From an uncultured virus (IMG/VR IMGVR_UViG_3300042940_002333) (taxonomy: Duplodnaviria; Heunggongvirae; Uroviricota; Caudoviricetes), in the IMG/VR virus record IMGVR_UViG_3300042940_002333: a stretch of DNA of 64,000 nt, one strand, 5' to 3'. The position numbers and the translations under genes were made by a program. How positions within the stretch are numbered: the stretch's first letter is position 1; every line of letters starts with the position of its first letter. This document shows positions 28,952 through 37,841 of the stretch, piece after piece. The notes under the pieces are model-generated. The model made no database searches. It saw nothing but the letters and a program-made list of their open reading frames with translations, and was not told the origin of the DNA.

Positions 28952-29562
28952 TGCCAGAGATAGTTTCATACACCGACGAAAAAGCTAACAGCATAAAGTC
29001 TTTCGACTTAATTTCCAATATGATGTGGCGTAGAGCAAATTACTTGCTTGAACACACGTTTAAGAAAAACGAGAATATTCTCGTGATAGATCCTTGTTCT
29101 GGTGGTGGTAAACTCATCTCTTGTATGAAAAAAACCTGGATAGGAAAAGCGTACGAGCCAAACTACGGGCCGTTTATGTATGCCAAGCATTACCTTGAGC
29201 AAAACGGTTACGAAAATTTAGACGTATATAATATGCCGTTTGAATTTCACTTCTCCTCGGTAAATCTACCAGAGTATCATCTTATAATCAGTATTCCGTA
29301 CACGAATAGAGAAATAAATGCGTCTATTGAAACCTGTAAAGAATGTCGTAATTTTAAGAACTACGCTTATTATGTAATGAATAAAAGTATGGATACCTTA
29401 CAAGAAAATGGTATCGGCGTATTCGCTATACCAGCAAGTTTGCTTGACAAGGAAAAGTTCGCGTATGAAATCGATTGTATAACAAACAAAGCCGAAGTCC
29501 TGAGTATTGAACAATTCCAGGATTATGCTATCATTACACTTAAAAAAGATAAACTTAAATAA
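28951..29562 (+). CDS. degenerate N6-adenine methyltransferase-like protein
   Basis: SAM-binding VIDPCSGGG; motif IV reads ISIPY rather than NPPY; LQENGIGVFAIP. Confidence 0.7.
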   Translation: MPEIVSYTDEKANSIKSFDLISNMMWRRANYLLEHTFKKNENILVIDPCSGGGKLISCMKKTWIGKAYEPNYGPFMYAKHYLEQNGYENLDVYNMPFEFHFSSVNLPEYHLIISIPYTNREINASIETCKECRNFKNYAYYVMNKSMDTLQENGIGVFAIPASLLDKEKFAYEIDCITNKAEVLSIEQFQDYAIITLKKDKLK

Positions 29563-29563
29563 T

Positions 29564-29860
29564 ATGATACACATAGCCTCGCCTGGAAGGGCAAAGATCA
29601 TTGGTGTTAAAGTTAATAGCGTAGGGTTAATGAAAATTAAAGTCCTATCTACTGCTACAAATAACCTTAACGAAAAACTTGCTGTAAAAGCAGGAGAAAG
29701 TACCGTTGTTATATCTAAGGATATTCCACTGACTAAGTATCAAAACACAATGGCTTCTTTTCCAGTTGGTAAAGGATCTGTTGTAAATATAGACTATATT
29801 ACTGAAAAAGGAGCGTCTGGCAAATTCAGTGTTGAATCGCAGAAATTACTTCCTTTATAA
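29564..29860 (+). CDS. hypothetical beta-rich protein
   Basis: Likely start MIHIASPG just after the previous stop (ORF open from 29507). Confidence 0.6.
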   Translation: MIHIASPGRAKIIGVKVNSVGLMKIKVLSTATNNLNEKLAVKAGESTVVISKDIPLTKYQNTMASFPVGKGSVVNIDYITEKGASGKFSVESQKLLPL

Positions 29861-29881
29861 TCTCAAAAAACCAAAAATCAA

Positions 29882-30442
29882 ATGGCAAAAAAACCAACCA
29901 AAGGCAGCTCAAAACCTGCCGGCAATGTAAAGAAAGCTCCTGCTAAGAAAAAAGTAGAGAAGCCAGCAGAAACACCTGTAAAGACCGTTGATGAAACGCC
30001 AGAGCCGCAGGGAACTGCACTAGAATTTTTTATCAATGAATCACCGGCTGTTGAACCAGTGGATCCACCAGAAGCTTCAGAGGAAATAACCAAAGAAGAA
30101 GCGCAAGAAGTTGCGTCTGAAATCATAAAAGACGTAGTGGAAATAGCTGTTGATGTTATTGAAGAAGCTGTTGATCATCCAGTGTCGGAAGAAATACCAG
30201 CAGTAGAAGATATCCCGGTTAATAAACCACTAGTTCCGTCTGTTGATGATTTGGAAGAGAAAAGCCTTGATAATTGGTGGAGATCAAGAAACAAACCGAC
30301 TGACATAAATCATTTCGAGTTATCATACTCTGGAGTTAATTTAAGCAAGTTCGGTATGCTTGAGGCAAAAGTAGGTAAGTTCCGATTCAAAAGAGTTCAC
30401 GTTGGAGCTAACTGGGAAATAACCGTTGATGAAAGTAAATAA
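29882..30442 (+). CDS. protein with Lys/Ala-rich N-terminus, acidic linker and shared C-terminal domain
   Basis: MAKKPTKG...KKAPAKKK; C-terminal LDNWW...ELSYSGVN...KVGKFRFKR. Confidence 0.75.
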   Translation: MAKKPTKGSSKPAGNVKKAPAKKKVEKPAETPVKTVDETPEPQGTALEFFINESPAVEPVDPPEASEEITKEEAQEVASEIIKDVVEIAVDVIEEAVDHPVSEEIPAVEDIPVNKPLVPSVDDLEEKSLDNWWRSRNKPTDINHFELSYSGVNLSKFGMLEAKVGKFRFKRVHVGANWEITVDESK

Positions 30443-30690
30443 TGGAAAATCTACAACAACATATTGAAGACAGAGAAGCTCTGAAAAGAGTTATCCGAAA
30501 AGGCATTACAGGTCTTTGTAATCAAGAAAACACTTCTTTTCCGAACATATGCCGTTATGGTAATCGAAGCACGCTTGACCAAGAAGAAATGGTTGAAAGG
30601 GTGTTTAAGTTAATGACCGATGAGATTTTGCCTATGGATATAGCAGAAGCTTTTTCTTCTTTAGATAGCGAACTCGAACCAGAGGATTAA
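30442..30690 (+). CDS. hypothetical protein
   Basis: 82 aa, TAATG-coupled. Confidence 0.65.
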   Translation: MENLQQHIEDREALKRVIRKGITGLCNQENTSFPNICRYGNRSTLDQEEMVERVFKLMTDEILPMDIAEAFSSLDSELEPED

Positions 30691-30751
30691 TACTGTTGAA
30701 TGCGGTTTGTATCTCCGTTTTTCGTCATACAATATGCAGGCAGCATAAGCT

Positions 30752-30779
30752 AAGGGAATTAAAAACTCCCTTTTCTTTT
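30752..30779 (+). terminator. intrinsic terminator
   Basis: AAGGGAATT-AAA-AACTCCCTT followed by TTCTTT. Confidence 0.6.
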
Positions 30780-30903
30780 ACCCTTAAATATAACATATTT
30801 GTTAGACTAATTAATTGATAATAAGTTTTTTAAAAACATATTTGATATGTAAAAGAGCTTTATTATATTTACAGCACTATTAATAGCACCAAATCTAACA
30901 AAA

Positions 30904-33900
30904 ATGATAAAAGAGCAAGATCTTTCCTTCCTTTACGACTTATCTGGATTTTATGAAATTGACAGCAACCCAGAAAAGGTTGTTATTACGTCAAAAATTG
31001 ATGATATAACAGATGACGGAACCTTATCTTCCCGTAGAATTACACTATCGGGAATCATAACCGACAAGTTAAAGGGTACTATTAAAACAGGTGACATTAT
31101 ACTTGTAGCTAACGAGGATATGACAAAGAAATTATATTGCCTTATCACTATTGCGTGTGGGCAAGTAGTTCCTTTCGTTATTTATGAAGTTGACCTAAAT
31201 ACCGGTAACGAAGTGATCGCGGATTTCCTTAAAGGCGATGTTGATTTACTTATGGAATACCCAATGTTTAATGACATTGATGAAATCGTTTTTTTCTTAT
31301 CAAATTTAAACCGAGTGTTCAGCGATAACGCATCTGTCGAAGACAGAACACTTATACAGCCAATAAAGGAATATCTCGATAAAGGCTTATGGGCAGCTTA
31401 TATAGACGGTATGTATGATAGCCCTGATGAAATTACAAGTAGACTTGGATTAACTAAAGTGGGAGAGTCTGTGTCTGCTATTCTTCCAGATCTTGCTATA
31501 TCAATGACTCCTGTTCCTATTTACGAGAAAGATGGAAAGTTCGTGGCGTTTTATGATTACAATGTTTATGGAGATTACAATTTAGTAAAAGCCATTTTCT
31601 GCGAAGTAGTAAAAGCTCCAGAGGCAAAAGCATTCCTTTACAATAACGCTTTTGGATCATTATTCTCTAAGGCAATCCTCGGCAATGTTATGAAAAACCT
31701 TGTAGCGTTTGAAAATGATATTAAGATCATAAAAGCACCAAAGCCTACTACTAAAACAGAAGAGCAGATAACCAAAGAAATTATACAACAACAAGCCGAA
31801 GTTATGCCGGCGCCAGTAGATGCTTGGGCTAACGTCGAAGATGTTTTTCAAGAAGGATTAAAGGAAAGCAAGACGAAACGTAAAAAGAAAAGAGAAAAAT
31901 CTTTTGAAGTTCAAGCAGAAATATCCCAGCAAGAAAAAGAAATTGCCATTAAGGAAACGATAATGGAGCAACCAAAGAGTATCGTTATTCCTAAGTTTAA
32001 AAAAATAAATGTTGCTGCCGCCGATAAAGGTCTTGAGAGTATTACTAATGCACCTTCTGAAAGTTATCCTGCTGATTGGGATTATGTTTATACGATTGAA
32101 GAAACGAGCAAACGATATAATAAAACAGTTGGTCAAAAATATTTACAAGAAAAAGACGAATTTGTTTTAGATCCAGAACAGAAAAAAGGTATGACGATAG
32201 AAGACTGGAACGCATATTTTATTGCACATCCAGAATTGAGTCATTTAATACAGCCGGCAATCGGTCACCTTGGCGGTCTATCAATTACACAAGAATCATT
32301 AATTGAAAGTGGACACTTAATATATAATATAAAGTCAGACAAATTTGTTTATATTCACGAATACGTTGTTGGAAACATTTATAAATTCATAGATGACTAT
32401 GATGCTTTCAAGGACGCAATAATAAATAAAATCGGTCAAATTGCTTATGACAAGCAAATGGAGATACTTCTTTCCAAAAGACCAGAAGTTAAACGTATAG
32501 ACGAAATATTACCTGAAAAAAAACCGTTTATTCACCCATTAGATGAAATTATTGTCGATTATAAAATAAACGAAGCCGCCGAAGTTATTTATTACAATAA
32601 CGACAACAACGCTTTAATGAGAGCCAAGAAGAAATCTTTAGAGGCACAGGTAAAGGCAGGAACAATAAAAAGAAACGATTATGATACCGAGCTGCAAGAA
32701 TACGGGAACAGGGTTCAATCACTTTCTATTGTTATTTTCTTTAAAGAATGGCTTAAAGATCAAGTCGGAAAATTAGCCGCATATGGATTGTCAGATATTC
32801 AAATGGCTAATGATCTTTATTTCGGTACAATGTCTTACAACTCTTTCGCAAGAGATATGGTTGAAAGAGGATTGGTTCAGATGGCGCCAAATCATAAAAC
32901 ATTTACCGACGCTGTTTCTCAATCTGACTTTTTCGAGGCAAAAGATAGCGCAAAGCGATTTGTTAATGATTTGTTCCAAGAGTTTTTATTAACTCAAACT
33001 CGTGAAGATGACAGAGCTAAAATTGAATACAAATGGAATGCGAGATATAATGGTTATGTAGAACCAGATCCTTGGAAACTTCCCATATTTATACGTCACT
33101 CAAAATGGTTTAAAGCAAGGTCTAAAAAAAACTTTCTTAAATTAGATGAGGTGCAGATCTCTGGTATTAAGTTTGCAACCATAGGCAATTCAAGTATTAT
33201 TGCTCACGAGGTAGGATACGGAAAAACCCTCGTAGCTATCGGTTATATGAGCCATTGCTTTGAAACCGGCACAGCAAGAAACATTCTGGTTACCGTTCCT
33301 AAAACATTATACACTAACCGTAAATGGAAAGAGGAGATAATTGGATCTGACGACTTGAAAAAGCACGGTGATTATCTTGTTGGAGCAACACCACAATATA
33401 ACCTTATCGAGCTGGGCAACTTTTCCACATCTTCTATATGGAGTAACGGAAACAGTCAATTCAAAGATTACTCTGAAGACGATATAGATAAAATCAACAG
33501 GATCGCTCAGTTGTTTACCGAAATAGGCGGCAGAGAAGCAGAGAAACAAAAGTCTAAAAGCATCGGTACAGCAACGCTTCCGACAAACGCTTATAATTTC
33601 CGTAAATCTGTTTCTATGAGTAACTTCTCTTGGAGTAAACTTATAGATAAAATTCTTCCCGGCTTAGACAAGAGTTTATTTTATAGATCTGTTGGATTAA
33701 GTTTTGAAGAAAAAAAGCGAATAATTGATCTTTTGGCTGGATACACTTTCCGTCCAAATGCGGCAGATAAGCAGACCGACCTACATAACCTTGTTCAAGA
33801 AATCATTAAAATAAGATGGATTGATCGATTTCATAATCCGTCTTTCCCTGGAACTCCTTTCACTGGATTCTCAACTTATAATGAGGCGCTCATAAAAACT

Positions 33901-36900
33901 TATGATGCTTTTTACGAGAAAGAGCTTCCAAATAGATACGAGAAAGATAAGGCTGGAAAAATAATTTGGGTTAAAGATACTCAAGCTCCAACCGGTGAGT
34001 CTAAAAAACTCAGACCTCTTAAAGCAGTATATGAGGAGTATATCCTTGAAGTTCTTGAGGATTTGCACAAATGGCTAGAAATGACTCTTCAAAAAATGAA
34101 AGATTTTGCCATTTATGAATATGGCAAGTGGAAATTTAATTCTTCTACTAACAACATTATTCTTTCAACAAAAGAGGCTTTAGGTGAGATTGGATTTTCA
34201 AGATCACACTTGGATGCTGTTACTGACGTTGTGAAAGAAATTACCACATACGAAAACGAAGAGGCCTTTGATATTGACAAGGAATACGAAGTGTCTGTTG
34301 TGGATACAGTAACCGGTGAAAAGAAATCGTATAAGAGAAAGCCAGAGGTTGTGTTGCAAAAGCAGTTACAAGACCTGGTAAGCAAAATAGAAACAAACCT
34401 AACCGAAGCTGGTCCGAGAGGAAAGTTCTTTTTAGAAAACCTAAAGATTGACGGATTTATTCTGGATGAAGCACATATCGCCAAAAAAGTTTTCACAAAT
34501 GTAAAAACAGACGCTAGTATTAGGCTTGACGACTACGAGGGTAAGCGTTTAACCATCAAGACAACCTCACACGATATTAAAGGAGGTCAGGCGCCGACTC
34601 AAGCATTAGCTGTGTTTGGTATTTGCCAGTATATTAAATCGTTGAACAGAAAGCAACCTTTGATGCTTTTAACGGCTACCCCGTTTAGTAATCAGCCGAC
34701 TGAGATCTTCTCTATGTTATCTCTAGTTGGTATTTCTCAATTAAGAGAGTATGGAATATCTAACATTAAAAACTTCTTCGATTTATTCTTAAAGGAAACT
34801 CTAAAGTTTGATTTCGATCATAACGGAGATTTTATTAAGCGTATATCGGTTGAGGATTTCCGTAATAAAGAAATGCTGATTAGTCTTATCCAATCTGTTA
34901 TTGATATTAGACGCGAAGCAAGTCTTGATAAAAAGGCAGATCCAAACGACAAATCAAGAAAGCCAGAGAAAAAAATATTCCCAAGGCTTACCGATGACGC
35001 GTTTAAAAATGATGGTATTAAATCTACTCAAGAAAATGAACAAGCACAACTGCAAGATGTAAATACTGTGGCTTTAGTAAACAGGCTAACAACAAATACC
35101 TGCTCGATTGTAGACCAGAATGACGTTCAAAGAAAAATGTTAAAGGATATTGAGAATGTTACATCTGGAGTTATCAATCCAAAAACTCAGCTTGAGTACA
35201 CGTTTGATGACGTTTGTCCTAACGCGCTTTTATTTAATGAAATCGAAAAAGAAAAAGAAAAGGGTGATAGTGTGAAATCTGATGAGGAAGAAGAAAGACA
35301 ATCGGTTGTTGTAGCATTAAGAACAATCCTTAACACAAATATCAAAGGTATCCCGAATGGGTTAAACGTAAGAACACAACAGGAAGCCGATAACGCTATG
35401 CCGGGAATGAAATATGGAGATCTTATTTTTGTGGCAAACCCAGGTGATAAGTGGGTAATTTATAAGAAAGTATCAAAAAAAGGTTCTCGGTCAAGTGCCG
35501 GTTATGATGCGCTTGAAAGGGTTACAGATGAGGATCGCATTAACGATACACTAAAATTACTTTCAAGGAAAAATGAATATGGATCTACGTTTAAGGCTTT
35601 AGGTATGGCAAGAGGTATTGCATTAACGCCTTACACCTATACCTGTAATGATTTGCCCGATCCAACTCCAGAAAACCTAATCAAATTCTCTCCTAAAATA
35701 GAGTATCTGGTAAAGGCATTAAAGTCGGTTAAAGATCACCACATTATTGAAGTTCCTAAGAAAATAAAAATCTTACAAGACGAGCAAAAAGAACTTGCTT
35801 CAAAGTCTAAAATGAATGCCGAAGATAATGCACGATATATACAAATCGGTATCGATTTGGCTCAACTTGAAATGGCAAGAGAGGTTTCTGGTCAGGTAGT
35901 TTACACTAATATGATCAGGTTCAATTATTATTACCGCGATAGTAGTGGTAAAGCCACCTATAAAAGAATGAACATCGCACACTTAATAAAAGAGTATCTT
36001 GTTAATAAGGGCTGGTTTACTGACGATGAAGTTCAGCTTGTATCCTCTGACACCTCTGACGCTGCAAAAGAGCAATACATTAAGGATTTCCAGAACGGGA
36101 AAATAAAAGTATTATTTGGTACACCTGCAATTAAAGAGGGTGTTGATTTACAACACAAGGCATCTACAATGTATATTATGACTCCAGACTGGAACCCGAC
36201 TGATATGCGTCAGGTGGAGGGAAGGATATGGAGACGCGATAACGAAAACAAGTATGTTCGTATTGTTTATGTGTTACTTGACCAATCGGTAGAAATATTC
36301 ATTTATTCTAAGTTGGAAGAAAAGGCGCGCCGATTACAAAAGATTATGAGAGAGCGCAACACGATAGAGGAGTTGGAAATTAAAGAAATGTCGCTTGATC
36401 CTAATCAAACAAAGGTTGCTTTGGCGTCAGATCCAGAAAAGCGTGCTGATATTGTTACAAAGCTATCAAGAGAAATTTTAATTGATAAGCGTAAAAAGGC
36501 AAATAAATCTCGCGAGGAACTGAATAGAATTACAGCAAATTTACCGGCTGTATATCAAAACATCGACATCATTGCCGATCAATACTTAATGCCGTACATC
36601 GACGCTTATCCAGAATATCTTAAAAAAGATGCTGAATACAGGTTAAAGCAAATAGTTGAGCTTTACTTGACAAATAAGGATGATTTTTACTTGAGATTTA
36701 TGTCATCGATTAATACTTATCCAGGGGCTATTTCTACAAAAATGATGTTGGCTGATCATACTTTTGATTTAGCTGCAAGATGGGAAGATGAAAGAAATTA
36801 TGTTTCCGTAAGAGAGTTTGCTATTTGGGCAGGTCCTAGTTATGTATCAATAAACGGATTACAGGATATTATTAACGGACTTGAGGCTGGTATAGAAAAC

Positions 36901-37827
36901 AGGGGTGCAATCTTGTCTATGACCACTGACACAAACATCACTATTGATATTGTGAATCAGATTCTACCAATGAGGCATTCTAATAAAGTATCCGAAAATT
37001 ATAATATAGACGACAGGCTTGTTACTAGATTTACAGAAACTTCATACACTCGATTATTCAAATTATCAACAGTGATTTTTGCATATACCGATGAAATGAG
37101 GGATTTACTTTTAAAAATGCTAAAACGCATCAAGGAAAAGCAAAAGACAGCAACAGTAAGTCAAGAAGAAATTAAGGAGGAATTTATATCTATCGCTCCT
37201 ATACTTCTTGGTATGGTTGAGGAATACGCAAAGACAAGTCCGTTTGTGAAGCCAGAAAATTATGTGCCTTATATTAAGGCTCGAGAAGATAAAAACGCAA
37301 AACCACAATTTACGAAAGTGGATTTTGAAACAATGGATCTTCTTAAAAAGGTTAGTGAAATCGCTTACGTTTACAGGGCGATAGAAAGACTATTCTCTGC
37401 TTTCTCATCTATGAATGTTGATAGACAAAGGGATGTTATCAATAAGAAGAACAAAGCTACTCTTGAGGTTGAGTTACTTGCCGACTTAGGTCTGGCTTCC
37501 GATGACAAATCTACTTTGTATGAATCAAGAAAGGCGTTTGTTGATCTATTTACACCGGTTGTTAATTCATTCAGCTTATTAAGAGATATAGAATCTACGT
37601 TCCTAAAGACGCGTAATTACACGCTGAACGATATACCTAAACTTGTTGAAGAAGAAAACTCAAAATATGACGCTCTGACAAAAGAAATAGAGGATTTAGA
37701 GGCAGAGAGGATTATGCTTATTGAAAAATTTAAGAAAATAAGTAAAGAGCGCGAAGATGTTAGTATTGACAAAATAGTAGCTAAATTCGCGTTAAGTAAT
37801 TCACTCCTTGAATGTAAATTAATATAA
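30904..37827 (+). CDS. giant DarB-like SNF2/SF2 helicase (2307 aa)
   Basis: AHEVGYGKT, ILVTVPK, FILDEAH, LLTATPFSN, EGVDLQ, DWNPTDMRQVEGRIWRRDN, with long insertions. Confidence 0.85.
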   Translation: MIKEQDLSFLYDLSGFYEIDSNPEKVVITSKIDDITDDGTLSSRRITLSGIITDKLKGTIKTGDIILVANEDMTKKLYCLITIACGQVVPFVIYEVDLNTGNEVIADFLKGDVDLLMEYPMFNDIDEIVFFLSNLNRVFSDNASVEDRTLIQPIKEYLDKGLWAAYIDGMYDSPDEITSRLGLTKVGESVSAILPDLAISMTPVPIYEKDGKFVAFYDYNVYGDYNLVKAIFCEVVKAPEAKAFLYNNAFGSLFSKAILGNVMKNLVAFENDIKIIKAPKPTTKTEEQITKEIIQQQAEVMPAPVDAWANVEDVFQEGLKESKTKRKKKREKSFEVQAEISQQEKEIAIKETIMEQPKSIVIPKFKKINVAAADKGLESITNAPSESYPADWDYVYTIEETSKRYNKTVGQKYLQEKDEFVLDPEQKKGMTIEDWNAYFIAHPELSHLIQPAIGHLGGLSITQESLIESGHLIYNIKSDKFVYIHEYVVGNIYKFIDDYDAFKDAIINKIGQIAYDKQMEILLSKRPEVKRIDEILPEKKPFIHPLDEIIVDYKINEAAEVIYYNNDNNALMRAKKKSLEAQVKAGTIKRNDYDTELQEYGNRVQSLSIVIFFKEWLKDQVGKLAAYGLSDIQMANDLYFGTMSYNSFARDMVERGLVQMAPNHKTFTDAVSQSDFFEAKDSAKRFVNDLFQEFLLTQTREDDRAKIEYKWNARYNGYVEPDPWKLPIFIRHSKWFKARSKKNFLKLDEVQISGIKFATIGNSSIIAHEVGYGKTLVAIGYMSHCFETGTARNILVTVPKTLYTNRKWKEEIIGSDDLKKHGDYLVGATPQYNLIELGNFSTSSIWSNGNSQFKDYSEDDIDKINRIAQLFTEIGGREAEKQKSKSIGTATLPTNAYNFRKSVSMSNFSWSKLIDKILPGLDKSLFYRSVGLSFEEKKRIIDLLAGYTFRPNAADKQTDLHNLVQEIIKIRWIDRFHNPSFPGTPFTGFSTYNEALIKTYDAFYEKELPNRYEKDKAGKIIWVKDTQAPTGESKKLRPLKAVYEEYILEVLEDLHKWLEMTLQKMKDFAIYEYGKWKFNSSTNNIILSTKEALGEIGFSRSHLDAVTDVVKEITTYENEEAFDIDKEYEVSVVDTVTGEKKSYKRKPEVVLQKQLQDLVSKIETNLTEAGPRGKFFLENLKIDGFILDEAHIAKKVFTNVKTDASIRLDDYEGKRLTIKTTSHDIKGGQAPTQALAVFGICQYIKSLNRKQPLMLLTATPFSNQPTEIFSMLSLVGISQLREYGISNIKNFFDLFLKETLKFDFDHNGDFIKRISVEDFRNKEMLISLIQSVIDIRREASLDKKADPNDKSRKPEKKIFPRLTDDAFKNDGIKSTQENEQAQLQDVNTVALVNRLTTNTCSIVDQNDVQRKMLKDIENVTSGVINPKTQLEYTFDDVCPNALLFNEIEKEKEKGDSVKSDEEEERQSVVVALRTILNTNIKGIPNGLNVRTQQEADNAMPGMKYGDLIFVANPGDKWVIYKKVSKKGSRSSAGYDALERVTDEDRINDTLKLLSRKNEYGSTFKALGMARGIALTPYTYTCNDLPDPTPENLIKFSPKIEYLVKALKSVKDHHIIEVPKKIKILQDEQKELASKSKMNAEDNARYIQIGIDLAQLEMAREVSGQVVYTNMIRFNYYYRDSSGKATYKRMNIAHLIKEYLVNKGWFTDDEVQLVSSDTSDAAKEQYIKDFQNGKIKVLFGTPAIKEGVDLQHKASTMYIMTPDWNPTDMRQVEGRIWRRDNENKYVRIVYVLLDQSVEIFIYSKLEEKARRLQKIMRERNTIEELEIKEMSLDPNQTKVALASDPEKRADIVTKLSREILIDKRKKANKSREELNRITANLPAVYQNIDIIADQYLMPYIDAYPEYLKKDAEYRLKQIVELYLTNKDDFYLRFMSSINTYPGAISTKMMLADHTFDLAARWEDERNYVSVREFAIWAGPSYVSINGLQDIINGLEAGIENRGAILSMTTDTNITIDIVNQILPMRHSNKVSENYNIDDRLVTRFTETSYTRLFKLSTVIFAYTDEMRDLLLKMLKRIKEKQKTATVSQEEIKEEFISIAPILLGMVEEYAKTSPFVKPENYVPYIKAREDKNAKPQFTKVDFETMDLLKKVSEIAYVYRAIERLFSAFSSMNVDRQRDVINKKNKATLEVELLADLGLASDDKSTLYESRKAFVDLFTPVVNSFSLLRDIESTFLKTRNYTLNDIPKLVEEENSKYDALTKEIEDLEAERIMLIEKFKKISKEREDVSIDKIVAKFALSNSLLECKLI

Positions 37828-37841
37828 CAAAAACCAGAATA

